Source: Vicugna vicugna (Eukaryota). Taken from it: DNA of 64,000 nucleotides. Shown one piece after another: positions 1 through 12,070 of this stretch. The notes under the pieces are model-generated. The model had not been told where the DNA came from. It did not search any database and saw nothing but the letters and a program-made list of their open reading frames with translations. Each line of letters starts with the position of its first letter. Within the stretch, counting starts at the first letter, position 1. A program made the position numbers and the translations under genes. The stretch is taken from positions 16,054,147-16,118,146 of the forward strand of contig MU061748.1 in assembly GCA_013265495.1 (NCBI GenBank). Reading direction: 5' to 3'.

Positions 1-190
1 TCAAGACATGGCAACATAAGCATGTTCCTTAAATATGTGGGAGCAAATATCCAAAGAAATGGCTAAAAGAATTGAACATAGTTGCTTCTAAGGATTGGAA
101 AATTGGACTAGAGGGGTGAGAAAAAAAATCTAGCATTTATATATATACATATATATATGCAACTGGTAAAATGAAACTTTTAAAAAGGGA
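1..190 (+). mobile_element. Old L1 (L1ME-like) 3' fragment
   Basis: aaaagaattgaacatagttgcttct...ggg motif and AT-rich tail resemble L1ME 3' ends. Confidence 0.35.
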
Positions 191-384
191 AAAAAGAGCT
201 TTGGGCAATTTCTCTCTCATCTAATATTGGAGCATTTAGTATTTATTTACATCCACTGTAAAGAGTAGACTGCTTTTCTATTATAGCTGATTAATTCAAA
301 CAAGGAATCCCACAGGGCACTAATCAAAAGGTAAAGGCTTTCAACAAAGCGATCTGAAAGAGAAACTCTAGATTTCCAAGTAAC

Positions 385-560
385 AATATAATAATACTTC
401 ACATTATCCAGTGTTTACTGTGTATCTGTAATGCATACTTTATTTAATTCTCACAGTATCCCTTGAGGTGGGAACATACTACACTTGTCCCCATACTAAA
501 GAGAAGGAAACTAAGGTTTAGAAAATGTCAGTCTTTACTCGAAGTTTCACACCCAGAAAG
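385..560 (-). mobile_element. MIR SINE
   Basis: Reverse MIR core: ttatttaattctcacag...ccccat...gaaggaaactaaggtttagaaa. Confidence 0.75.
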
Positions 561-564
561 ACTT

Positions 565-900
565 CTGTTCCCTCTGCTGGGAATGCTTGTTCACCAGAAA
601 TCCAAGTGGCCCGCTCTCCTAGCGCCTTTGGGTCTTTGTACAAATCTCATCACAGCTTAAGAGGACTTCCATGACCACCCTATTGGAAATAGAAACCAAT
701 TCTCTCCCTTACACTCGCACTAGCATCCCCTAATTCCTGGGTGCTTTACCTTTTCCACCGCACTCCTCCGTCTGAAATACGACGTAACTCATTTATGTAT
801 ATTGTTTACTGTCTGCCTCGTCAAGTAAATGTAGGTACCATAAGAAGAAAGATCATTATCTCTTTTCTGATCTGTCATATCCTCAGTACTCAGATGAGCA
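565..900 (+). mobile_element. L2 3' fragment
   Basis: ttccctctgctgggaatgct...tatattgtttactgtctgcctc...aaatgtagg motifs of the L2 3' end. Confidence 0.65.
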
Positions 901-2396
901 TCCGGCACATGAGTCAAAAAGTTAACTGCTGAATTAACTGAAAATTCATGAACCTAGACTCAGAGCTCTCTAATACCATCACACTCTACTGCCAACTCTA
1001 GTTACTCATTGTGAGATGTTGGAGAGATTAGCAAGTTTTGTCAAAACACTTTCCACTTATAAAAATATGGCACGGAGGAAAACACTCTTATGGACACTCA
1101 AGCCCTACCACTAGGCCATGAAGACAGCGGCTTTTTTTGCCACGTAACAGAATGGCTTGTAGCAATGGCTGGTAAGTCAGTGGACTTCCTCTGGCTTTTA
1201 CTAGGGTTATCTCTCCAAGTATTGACTTTTCCTGATAACCAACTACAAGCAAATGCCCTGTCCTGGCATGCGGGTGTCACGAGGAGAGAACAAGCCCCTC
1301 ACGGGGGGAAGCTTTTTACAGGTAAACTAGAAAATCACATGCTCCCCCAAAGTCCTCCCAGCAGAAAGCACTTGAAAGTGCACAGTCACGAATCGAATTC
1401 GGCGACTTAAACCTGCCCCTGTCAATGATGAACTATGCAATTTGTTCAGCTCCCACTTAACAATGGGGAATCATTATGTTCTTCCTATTTCTTTTATGTA
1501 CAAACTGCAATCCAGAATTGATGCAAGTAAAACGAGGTAATAACTTAGCTTTCTGATTTGTGCATGAACTTAGTGTCCTGGAAGGGGACATAAGGGTTGA
1601 AGAAGGGAAACCACTCATTCTGTTGTTGGCTAGACTAAAAGATGAAAAATCTATAATCTTTTCCAAACTTTCAAGCTGTAAATAGCTAATGGCCAGTGTA
1701 ATAACCTCAGCAGAAGAAGAGTACCTTTTCTTACTTAAACATATCGAGCGCCTTCTGATAAAAGTCAATTAAAGGGCTAGAATGGGCAAGTTTAGGCCGA
1801 TTTCATGGATATAGTCACTGGGTTTAATGACAAAGGCACTGAAAGCAGATGTCATTTTCCACGATGTTTTATTTCCCTTTGGTTGAAAGCACATATCCCT
1901 GGTTCCTAATTTGTCTTTCAAGTGCTTCAGATTTAGAGTTAAATGAACTAAGTCTTCAAATCTTTCAGTTCTTTAGACATTTAGGATTTAAAGACCAAAT
2001 AATAACAGACTTTATTTGGGACAGGAATATTTCTCCTGAGAAAATATTATACTTGATTTGTAGGTAGTTTTTCTTCTTTTCTGTTTATCTTCTCTTTTTA
2101 ATTTTTTTTAACTATGCATCATCTTTGGAAGACAAATAAGAACTGACTGGATGTTTTCTATCATTTATCCTATCATGATTATTAATTCCTAATATTACTC
2201 AAAGAGTTCTGAGTATAGGTAGAGTAGGACAAGTGGTGAAATAACTATTTCTACATCAAATGTGAAAGATCTTAAGTGAAGAAACCAATTGGATAGTTTG
2301 GTTTGTAATCAACTTTTCTCTGTTTGAGTATATTCATGTAATACAAATTAAAGGCAAATATTTACAAATAATTTTGAAATTGATTAATCTCTAAAC

Positions 2397-2638
2397 CATT
2401 TTACTTGTCTATTCACATTAACCAAATCAGTGATACTACCAGCAAATCTTCTATGCATGTTTTACTGGACATTTTCAACTCGGGATTACATCTTATTTGT
2501 AGTCAGAAAGAATAAATTTACTTCCATTTTTTAGCATTCAGAAAAATATCATAAGCAGTTTGATAATTAAAAAAATCACTTAATATGTACCAAAGCACTT
2601 GAAATGGAAAACCAACCAAGAAAAAATGTCCCTGCTAG

Positions 2639-2686
<48 letters not shown>

Positions 2687-2946
2687 TTTACTTGTCTATT
2701 CACATTAACCAAATCAGTGATACTACCAGCAAATCTTCTATGCATGTTTTACTGGACATTTTCAACTCGGGATTACATCTTATTTGTAGTCAGAAAGAAT
2801 AAATTTACTTCCATTTTTTAGCATTCAGAAAAATATCATAAGCAGTTTGATAATTAAAAAAATCACTTACTATGTACCAAAGCACTTGAAATGGAAAACC
2901 AACCAAGAAAAAATGTCCCTGCTAGACATACACACACACACACACA
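2397..2946. repeat. Tandem duplication, 287-bp offset, each copy ending in a (CA)n tract
   Basis: 2397-2683 is repeated at 2684-2946; one substitution seen (cacttaAtatg vs cacttaCtatg); CA tract about 21 vs about 8 units. Confidence 0.97.
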
Positions 2947-2949
2947 TGT

Positions 2950-3330
2950 AGCTCCAAAATTTTCATTAATTTATTCCATCAGTCATTTTTTCTGCAAATT
3001 TTAATTGAAAATCTACTGAGTACCAGCAGACTCTGGGCAATGATGCTGGAGAGTAAGAGATGCATGTGACATTACCCTGCCCCAAAGGAGCTCACAACCT
3101 CAGTGAAGAACAGAATGAGCCAACAATTAGAACTCTTATAACAATGAATAGTAGAAGGATGCTCAAATGCCATAAAAGCTTTCATCTGACAATGCGAGTC
3201 AGAGGAAAGAAGCTGGGATGGAATGAGCTTAGGGAAAGCTTCAGAGAAGAAGAAATGCTTGAGCTAAATCCTGGACACTAAAGTGAAGGTGAGAAAGTTC
3301 ATTCTTGACTGGGGAATGGTTTATGCAAAG
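2950..3330 (-). mobile_element. L2 fragment
   Basis: Reverse L2 3' end: tcattaatttattcc...ctactgagtaccagc...agggaaagcttcagagaagaagaaatgcttgagct. Confidence 0.65.
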
Positions 3331-3371
3331 GCACACATTTGAAATTGCATAAAACAACCTGGAAAAGACAA

Positions 3372-3580
3372 ATAATTAACAATAGCTACCATGTTTCTGA
3401 GTACCTACTTATGTGACAACTATAATAATAAACATTATTTTAACAACAATATTGTGAAGTAAATACTTTTCTTCTCATAGTTTTCATAAGGAAACAAAGG
3501 CTTAGAAGAGCTACCTACCTTGTGCAATGCACATAAAATTTAGACTTGAACTCAAGTGATTTGATTTCACAAGTTTTTCT
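3372..3580 (-). mobile_element. MIR SINE
   Basis: aatagctaccatgtttctgagtacctact...aggaaacaaaggcttagaag...gacttgaactcaagtg. Confidence 0.65.
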
Positions 3581-4769
3581 CTTAACTGATCCACCAGTAC
3601 ACTGTATTTTCTTACGGCTGATACAAGAAAAGTGACTAAAGAACCCAGACGCAGCCAAATAATGATCTCACACTCTGCTGAGGAGCAAGGACTTGCTCCC
3701 CACAGCATAAGCAGCCATTAATCAGATTTTAAGATGGGGAATCATATATGTTGAAGAAAAGTTACAATAATATTCCAAGTGAGAGTAAGTAAAATCCATT
3801 GGTAACAGTGGAGATGAAAGACAGGTAACTAATGTCAAGTGATCTTTCAGAGGTAGGATCAAGAAGACTTCATAGCTGGATTTATTAAAGTTGATATCTG
3901 GAAATGTTTTATTCTATATACAGAATAAAATATATAACAAAAATAAGTAAAATACAATGTATTTATCTCTACTCTGAGTCTTGTTTTGAATCAACTGTAA
4001 AAATGAAAGCACGGTTATAAGAAAAATTTAGAAGAGGTAGAGATTCCCCATAGCTTAATACATAGTGTAAAAACATTTATTACCAGAATAGACGCTATTC
4101 TATAGTTGTCTTTCCATCAGGATTCTTTCAGAATGAACTGAAATTAAAGACATCTTACCTTGATATAGTATCAGACAAAGCTTTTTATTAACATTTAATG
4201 ATTTTTGCCAACTTCTGCAATATTTATTGCTTTGAAAAAAATTTAAGCATCAGGATTAAATTATCAAAAGTTCCAAGAGACTGATTTCATAAATGATACA
4301 ACAGACATTTTATACATTAATTTGTCAATAGCCATGCATTGCTCATATCAAAAGAAATTGTGTTACACTTATTGACAATTTTAAGAGATTCCTAACAATA
4401 TTTTTCTTTTTTGACTTAAAGGGTACTAAGAATATTTGGTCTTTTCTAGGACAGTTCATTTAACATAATTAAAAGGAACAGAGACAAATGTGAAAGTAAT
4501 TCTTGGAGCACAGATGACCATAAAAATGCAATAAAGCCTCAACAAAAGCAAATGATAATTAACCAGAATATTGCTGTGTAAAAGTTTAATTATTAAAGGT
4601 TGCTAAAAATGCTTTTACCAGTTGTTCTATATAACCAATTATAGGAAGTTAATTGAGATTCAGCTAGCATATTTTTTTTAAGTTTCAGAGGCAAAGAGAA
4701 TAATTGAATAGTGAATATGTTCGATTTATCTAATCTTTATTCTTACTATATTTTTACATTTTTAACTTA

Positions 4770-5490
4770 TCCATGCAGACTCCCATCTTAGGGCCTTTGC
4801 ATTTACTGTTCCCTCTGCCCAGAACATTCCTCCTCCAGATGTCCAGATGGTTTCCTCCTTCACATCATTCAGAATTTGCTCAAATGTCACCTTATCAAAA
4901 ACATATGCCTTGACTTAACTCCTCTAAAAGAAACTGTACCTCCCCTTCCGAGTCTCCTTCTAACTCCTCGCCACACTGTATATTTGTTTAGGGCGTCTCT
5001 GCCCCACAAAGTGTAAGATCCTGTTAATGGTCTGATGTCGTGTCCCTCCAGAATTTGTATATTGAAACATAAATGCCCAATGTGATGCTTCTGGGGGTGA
5101 GGGCCTTGAGGGGTGATTAGGCCGTGAGAGTGCAGCTCTCATGAATGATTAGTACCCTTACAAAAGAGACCCCAGAGAGCTCCACTGCCCCCTCCACCAC
5201 GTGAAAACACAGCAAAAGGACTGCCCCTAGGAAGCAGTCCCTTACCTGATATCGAATCTGCTGGTGCCTTGGGTTCTGGACTTCCTAGCATCCAGAGCTA
5301 CGAGAAACAAATTTCTGTCATTTATAAGCCACCCAGTCGATGGCATTAATAGTCAAAGCAGCCCAAGAATCGGGCTGCTCCATGAGAATCGGGATGTGGT
5401 TTTGTTTACTCTGATACCTCCAGCTCCTACAACAGCACTTGGTATGCGGAAGACAATCAATAAATATCTGTGAATGAATGAACTGAAGAA
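4770..5490 (+). mobile_element. L2 3' end, split by an MLT1/MST LTR
   Basis: gggcctttgcatttactgttccctctgcc...gtgtaagatc [LTR] ctccatgag...caataaatatctgtgaatgaatgaa. Confidence 0.8.
5022..5375 (+). mobile_element. ERVL-MaLR solo LTR (MLT1A/MST-like)
   Basis: Starts tgttaatggtctga; contains gaggggtgattaggccgtgag, ctggacttcctagcatccaga and aaatttctgtcatttataagccacccagt. Confidence 0.85.
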
Positions 5491-6809
5491 TCCAAAGATG
5501 AAAAGATAATAGATTTAATTTTGAAACAGAGGGGACAGGATCATTAAATTTCACTCTGTAAGTTATCCACCTTGTCCTACCAATTTATTTACAGTATAAA
5601 GCTCACAGCACTGGAACTAATTACAGCTTCGTTACTTATAATATTTAAGACAGGCTCTAGCAATCTGAGAGATACTGACAGGTCCCCAGTTTTATTTTAT
5701 GCCTTCCTCATGTTTCTAACAACAGCAACGAAAGAAAAACAAAACAAGCAAACAAACAACAACAAAAAAGAAAACACAAACTCAGGCTCAAGGAGGTAAA
5801 AACTGTCTTTATGAAACTATCATGTTTCTTTAATATTTTGATCTTTATAGCTGAAACAAAAAATGTGTACAAATATATGAACTGTCTTCGTTTAAATATA
5901 CTTCTCACGATAACTACACAACTTAATTTATGACATAGCTTTATGGCTATGGCAGAAATAACTGGGCTTTGGTGAATTAGTGTCACGTTCCATAGCTGAG
6001 ATGGACAAGGTCAAGGTAGACAGAGAGGAAGATGGAGCCTGCATTATGAGATGGGGAGAGTTTACCCTCAGCACCCTGCACTGCCGCTTAGCACAGAGCA
6101 TGGGGCATGGGGGTTGGTGTTCTAGACCCAGGAGGAACTTCAGGCAAGGAAGATACCAAGGAATGTCCCAACTCTGCTCTGCGTGTTGCCCCCAGGCCAA
6201 GAGGGCCTGAACACAAATCAGCTTCTCTGTAGCTACAAGCTAAAGCTGTAGCTACAACAATCACCCCAGGAGTGAGATCATTTGCCCATATCTTAGCTGA
6301 CAACACTGGAAACTCCACAAGAGGTCAGAAGGCTTTCTTATCCCTCTACATCTTAGTTCTCCAATTTGCTGGTCCAAATGGAAAGGTCATCGATGTTGTC
6401 TATCAAAATAAGGTGGTACAAATTGAAACTTCATTTGGAAGTAAAAGGAAGAAATGGCAGAGCAGTAAGTATAAATCTGAAGTCCAGATCATGATATTAA
6501 TTGTTATCGTTACCTGTAACCCTGACCAGGACAAACACTGACACTGCAGACAGCCTCCGAACTATTACAATCCAGTTAGAAATTAAAAATCCACATTATT
6601 CAGGTTTTATACTATTATACTAGAAGCTCTTTCATTTTCCTCTCCGCCTCTACAGAGCTCTGACCTCACATCACTGTCCTTGCGGATTCCTGCAGAGGCC
6701 ATCCAGCATTAGAAAATGACCATTTTAAAGATGTTTTGTTTATTATTATGATTTGTATACCTACAGAAACTCACAGAACTAATAGGAAGAAGAGGGAGGG
6801 CTTTGAGAT

Positions 6810-7330
6810 TCAGCTATTCAATTAAACAATTATTCATTGGCCACCTGCTATGCGTACTGCCCTGGTTACTCCCAGGGACTCAACAGTAAATTTATCCAAG
6901 GAGGGCTTGGTATAGTAGGAAGTATATGTGGAATGCAGTATAATAGGAAGAAAATGATAGATACATGACTGACTATAATACATGCTAGAAAAAGATAAAA
7001 TATATGCCATGAAGGAATGGGAGCCAAAGTCTCTGAGATTTCAAAGAAGATGGTATTACATATATTTGTGGGATCCAATAGGGAAGTAGATTATGAGAAA
7101 CGGATAGTAAGAACAGCTATTGTTGGAAGAAAGAACTACAGGAGCAAAAGTAAGGAATCTGGAAGAAAAACGGAAAATAAGAAGTTCAGTTTATTGGGTT
7201 ACAGAGCACATGCAGTGGACCAGCAGGGAACAGACTTGGGAGGTCGCATCATAGAAGGCCATGAATACTAAGATGCTACATTTGAACTCAATAGGCACAA
7301 GACAGGATTAGGTAGAATCTGAATAAGGTA
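6810..7330 (-). mobile_element. L2 fragments
   Basis: ctattcaattaaacaattattcattggccacctgctatgc... and ggaggtcgcatcatagaaggccatgaatac motifs. Confidence 0.5.
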
Positions 7331-7589
7331 AGGGTATCGCTGTGTTATTCTATGATGAATGGTAATCCAACAGCAGTGAGGGTGAACTGAGACGGGAGAG
7401 TGAGGACACAGGATAGCCCATTAGCATACAATGACCATAGCTCAGGCAAGCAGTGATAAGGGTCTGGAATAAACTGATGAGAGTCAAAATGAGCAACAGC
7501 AATAGAACGCATACAGAAGAGAAAACTGGATTTGCAAAGGACTGGCTGCAGGAACATTGGGGAAGTGACAGTTCTGAGACACCGAGCTT

Positions 7590-7780
7590 CCATGACATGA
7601 GGGTTACCATGCACCCTCCTACGCACTTTATGTCATTCACTCCTCGTGACAACAAATAAACAAACAATCCTCCCATTTTACATGTGAGAAAACTGAGGCT
7701 GACAGAAGACACACAACGTACACTGTAGTAAGTTTGACAAAGCTGGAATCTGGATTGAAAACTGATTGACTAAATTGTAA
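7590..7780 (-). mobile_element. MIR SINE
   Basis: cctcccattttacatgtgagaaaactgaggctgacagaag core. Confidence 0.75.
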
Positions 7781-10149
7781 CTTCTAGGAGGATACAGCTG
7801 GGTATACTACTACTAATAGAACCATATTTTTTCATTTCAAAGTTGTTCCCAGACATACAAATATATAATTGACATCCAATTATCAAATGCATGATATCAA
7901 ATCTATTAACCTTATTTAATTTCCCTCACTTCTGTAATACACAGCTAATTGGCAGTGTTATAGTAGAAATAAGATTTTGATGCAAATCAGGCATCAAAAT
8001 AAATTAAAGGGAAATTAAAACAGAAAGGAAATTTAACCAGAAACGTGTGAGAGAACAATGCCTAAAGCCCAGACAGGAGAACAAGCTGGAGGAAAAAAAA
8101 ACCCTGAAAGTTGCATTTCATACCCTGGTGTTTGCTACACAGACGAAAACAGTGAAATGAATTATCTATTAGATTATTTGACACATTTTCTAGATATCTC
8201 CTCTAAGATAACAGAATTATAAACAGAAATATTTAATTTAATGTTACCTAGGGTAGAATCTCAATAAAATTCAGTGTGACTTTCAGGTTATTGTTTCTAT
8301 TAGGAAATGACAAAATCTGCCTTTATCACGTCACTTCCAAATGTCTTCCAATAGCGTACCACTGGGATCATAAACTAATGAGACATCATCATCTTGTGAC
8401 GCAGCATAAATTTTAACCTGAAATACATGAGTACATTTTGCCTGACTGCCCCTTTATAGACTGATTTCGTTTTGGACACACATACAATAGAATATGAGGC
8501 CCTGAACAGACATTTAGGAAACTGTGCTCCCCACCTCGAAGAAATGCTGCTAAAATAAAATGGGCTTCCTCTTACTTGCTTCTGGCTTCAGTTTACGTTA
8601 CATCTGCTGCTGCTGCTCATGATTTACTAGAAGTCCTTACCAAAAGTGAACAGTAGATTCAGAAGGTTTGTCAGCTGAGCACTTACATGGAAATCATCAT
8701 TGGCCCCAAGTACTTGAACAGGTACAGGAGGGGACATGATCTGGAGAGAACACAGGTTTGGGAGCGGGTCAGGGTGGAACCACATCACCTGTTTTAAGCC
8801 TCCAGGCCCCTACCAGACATCTGTGAAGAACACCCGCCAGGCAGTGCTGGGGTGAGGAGGAGAGACTTTGGGAAGGCATCTGGCAATGCCCCTGGCACAC
8901 TGCAGGCACTCCAAGAATGCTAGCTCTTACTTCTATTAGCTTCCTCAAGGAGGCAAACACCAAGCTGGATTAAATTAGAGGCAAAGAGACATTACATAAG
9001 GAGAGAAGTACAAAAGGGCGAGGAGAATGTGAGAGAGGAGAGGCAGGAGAGAAAGATCATTTCATACATGGAAAGCTCCAGGGAGTTTACTAGAGATTAT
9101 TATGGACATTTCCCTTAAAAATTCCGGAACACACTGGTGCAGTTGATTCTCAATCAAATCTATACCCCCGGCCCTGTTTACTTCTTCTGGTGATTATATT
9201 TTCTTTGGATACCTCCTGGCATATTTTTCACTCTTCAGGGGAGATGGAGCCATCACTTTATATACATGGATTGTTCACCAACCTGTGCATGTGGGCGTGG
9301 AGATGCTCCGCTGACGCTGGGTGAGAGCATGGACCAGGTGCTCTCCTCAGGAACACAGAGCATGTCCTCCTAGGGCACTGCATGCAGCATTAAGGATCAA
9401 TCAGACACTCTGTGTCCTCTAACTAAATAAAAGGGGTCATTTTGGCAGGTAAACCTGCTTCCCCAAACAAACAGGCAAACATCTAGCTGATCACTCCTAG
9501 CAGTGATGAATGAGAGAGTGTTACAGATGCAATGGTGAGGAGAAAACAAAACAAATGAGTATCCATTTGCTAAACTATTCCTTCTCCACACACTCTTAAA
9601 AATGCTGCCGGACAAGATTTGGGGGTATCTGTTAAGTCCCGAATTGGACTGTCTCTTTAAAATGAGGTCCTGTACCTTAGGAAGCCACAGCGTGTCTTCG
9701 AACCCAGTGGTCCCCACTGGAGTATGTCTGTCATGACCAGCTCTATTGACTCATCCAACTCATCACATACTTTTTTGATTATGATTTGGATCCCATGTAG
9801 GTCTAGGTATATGGAATGTATGCATTTATCATGTGGAGTTTGTAATTCTATTCACAGTGACAGTCAACTTTTATAGTAATTCAAAAGAATAGCTTCTATT
9901 TGTGATTTAATTCCTTACATCATTCAACAACAATGAGCTCTTAACCATGTCATCGTGTCCTGTGTGGTATTTCTTTGTTCAAAATAGTAAACTAGCATTC
10001 TAGTAACTAAATATAATTATAATAACAAATTTATAAACATACACATGCAAATAATAATACAACGTATGTATGTTTATGCATATGCTTTTAAAGAGATAGA
10101 GAAAATCTTATCCTTTGAGTATGAATGTCTTTCAAAAGAATGAGCTCAC

Positions 10150-10442
10150 CTATCTGAACGTTTGCAGTCCTCCGAGCTATTCCCATTACCAGGGGTGCTT
10201 ACTCAGCCCTGCTACTTAAAGCCTCCTGCTCAACACCCAGTGTTTCCCAGAATTTCCTGATTTTGACCTCACCGGCCTCCACAATTCTGCCTCTTCAATA
10301 GTGGATAAACCTCATTTCCTGCTCATTGCTCATTATTTTCCAATACTGGCCCAACAGGGTCTTCTTTGGATCCACAAACTCTGACTTGAAGACCGTTAGC
10401 TTAGATGCTCAAGTTCTTCTACCAAGAAGAGAACTATCTGAT
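10150..10442 (-). other. Candidate internal exon (5'UTR plus possible start codon, MGIARRTANVQI...)
   Basis: Acceptors TTGCATTTAG|10442 or TTCTCTTCTTGGTAG|10418; donor CAGATAG|GTGAGC at 10150; gtaATGG at 10186; no repeat recognised here. Protein not recognised. Confidence 0.35.
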
Positions 10443-11396
10443 CTAAATGCAACATTTTATGCTTTAATGAGGTCTGGCCTGTGTTCCACTGTAACTCCAT
10501 GTGATCTTCTCCCTTAAATGTACACATGTATTGGGCTAATTATGTTTCCCCTTAAATACTCTTGGCCTCAATTTTCATATCTGTAAAATAGGTTTAGAAA
10601 ATTAAAAAGATCATGCTAGAAAGGACAGTTGAGTACGTAATACGTGGAAACACATTTAAATTCCTTCTTCCCATGAGTGGATACTTCTCATTTATCAGTT
10701 TCACACCTCCCTAACGCACTCTCGAAAGGACAGAAGAAACAATGCGTTCACACTATCTTTCCAAGTCATCAGGTAATGTGATATGCCTTTGTTTAGCAGG
10801 TTAGCCTTGTCAGGCCAATAATCTGTGTCATTCTCACTCTTCAAATACAATTGTACTGACACATGGGACAGCTGACTACATTTTGGAGAGGTTAAATGAA
10901 ATTATGACAGCAGAAGCTTTGATCTTCTGACCTGCAGTGTGTCTGATGAATACAAGAGATAGCTCTGTGCTTCGATAGGTGTGGTCTTCTTCCCTAAGAA
11001 ATATTTATTTAAACATGTCTTCATTAAGCATGCTGAACCTTCAGAAGAGCTATATATACGAGGTAACTGTGGGTTTTGTCCTGTGTTAAATAAATTTCTG
11101 AACATAAAAAATGTCTTCTTTTTATCAGAGAAGAATTATATTGTAACCTTTAAAGAGCACACAATTCCAACATTATTTAAAGTATCTAGACCATAGAAAA
11201 ATACCAAAAAAAATTCTCAATTTTTTAAGGCAAGCATAAATATAATACAACAACTTGATAACAGTAAATATATACTCAATCCTCTGATTTACAAAATCAG
11301 AGAATATACAGGCAGATTTTTTTTAATTAGCAAACAGAATACAGCAATGTATCAAAAGATACTTCTAGACACTTCTAGAGGAATTGGAACCCTTGC

Positions 11397-11539
11397 NNNN
11401 NNNNNNNNNNNNNNNNNNNNNNNNNNNNNNNNNNNNNNNNNNNNNNNNNNNNNNNNNNNNNNNNNNNNNNNNNNNNNNNNNNNNNNNNNNNNNNNNNNNN
11501 NNNNNNNNNNNNNNNNNNNNNNNNNNNNNNNNNNNNNNN
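11397..11539. other. Assembly gap (143 N)
   Basis: Run of N. Confidence 1.
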
Positions 11540-11929
11540 ATGTAAAAATTTATCATAAGTTATGAGATACATCCATGTCAATATGAAAATATGCTCTGAT
11601 TTAATATAAATTTTTCTCTGGTTTTAGTCTTTCTACAAACTGAAAAAGAAGAATTTTTTGAAATTTCCATGGCCTGTTGCATAAATGTAACCACATTTAC
11701 ACAACTGATGCTACCATGAATTATCTAAAGAATTGTATAGTTCGGGTTTTTTGTTAGTTTCATAATTACAACTTTACATCCTTATAGCTCCTTAGGAACC
11801 AGTACAGACTGCAAGCAAATAATGTCCACAAGGAAAAGCCCTTGCTTGCACTGTCCAACAATGATCATATATGGAAAAAAATAAATCTCTAAATCACAGA
11901 CTTGTTTTATATTAATTATGAGGCAGATC

Positions 11930-12070
11930 CTACTGGCGTAGGGACTCTTATTTTGGGGATCATGATGAGCCCCAGGTGTTCTATAAACTCCTGATATTGT
12001 ACACAAAAACGTGATGGGCATTTTTCTGGACAGAGGTTCTACAGCTTTCCTGGATTGCTAAAGTAGCCCC
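11930..12070. mobile_element. hAT-Charlie-like non-autonomous DNA transposon fragment
   Basis: ctcctgatattgtacacaaaa...catttttctggacagaggttctacagctttc resembles 52100-52260 (tttttctggtgacagagttcatagctttc). Confidence 0.5.

Noticed and set aside
1457-1768. 103-aa minus-strand ORF as a coding exon
   Set aside because: No recognisable homology, and no splice sites bracket the frame coherently.
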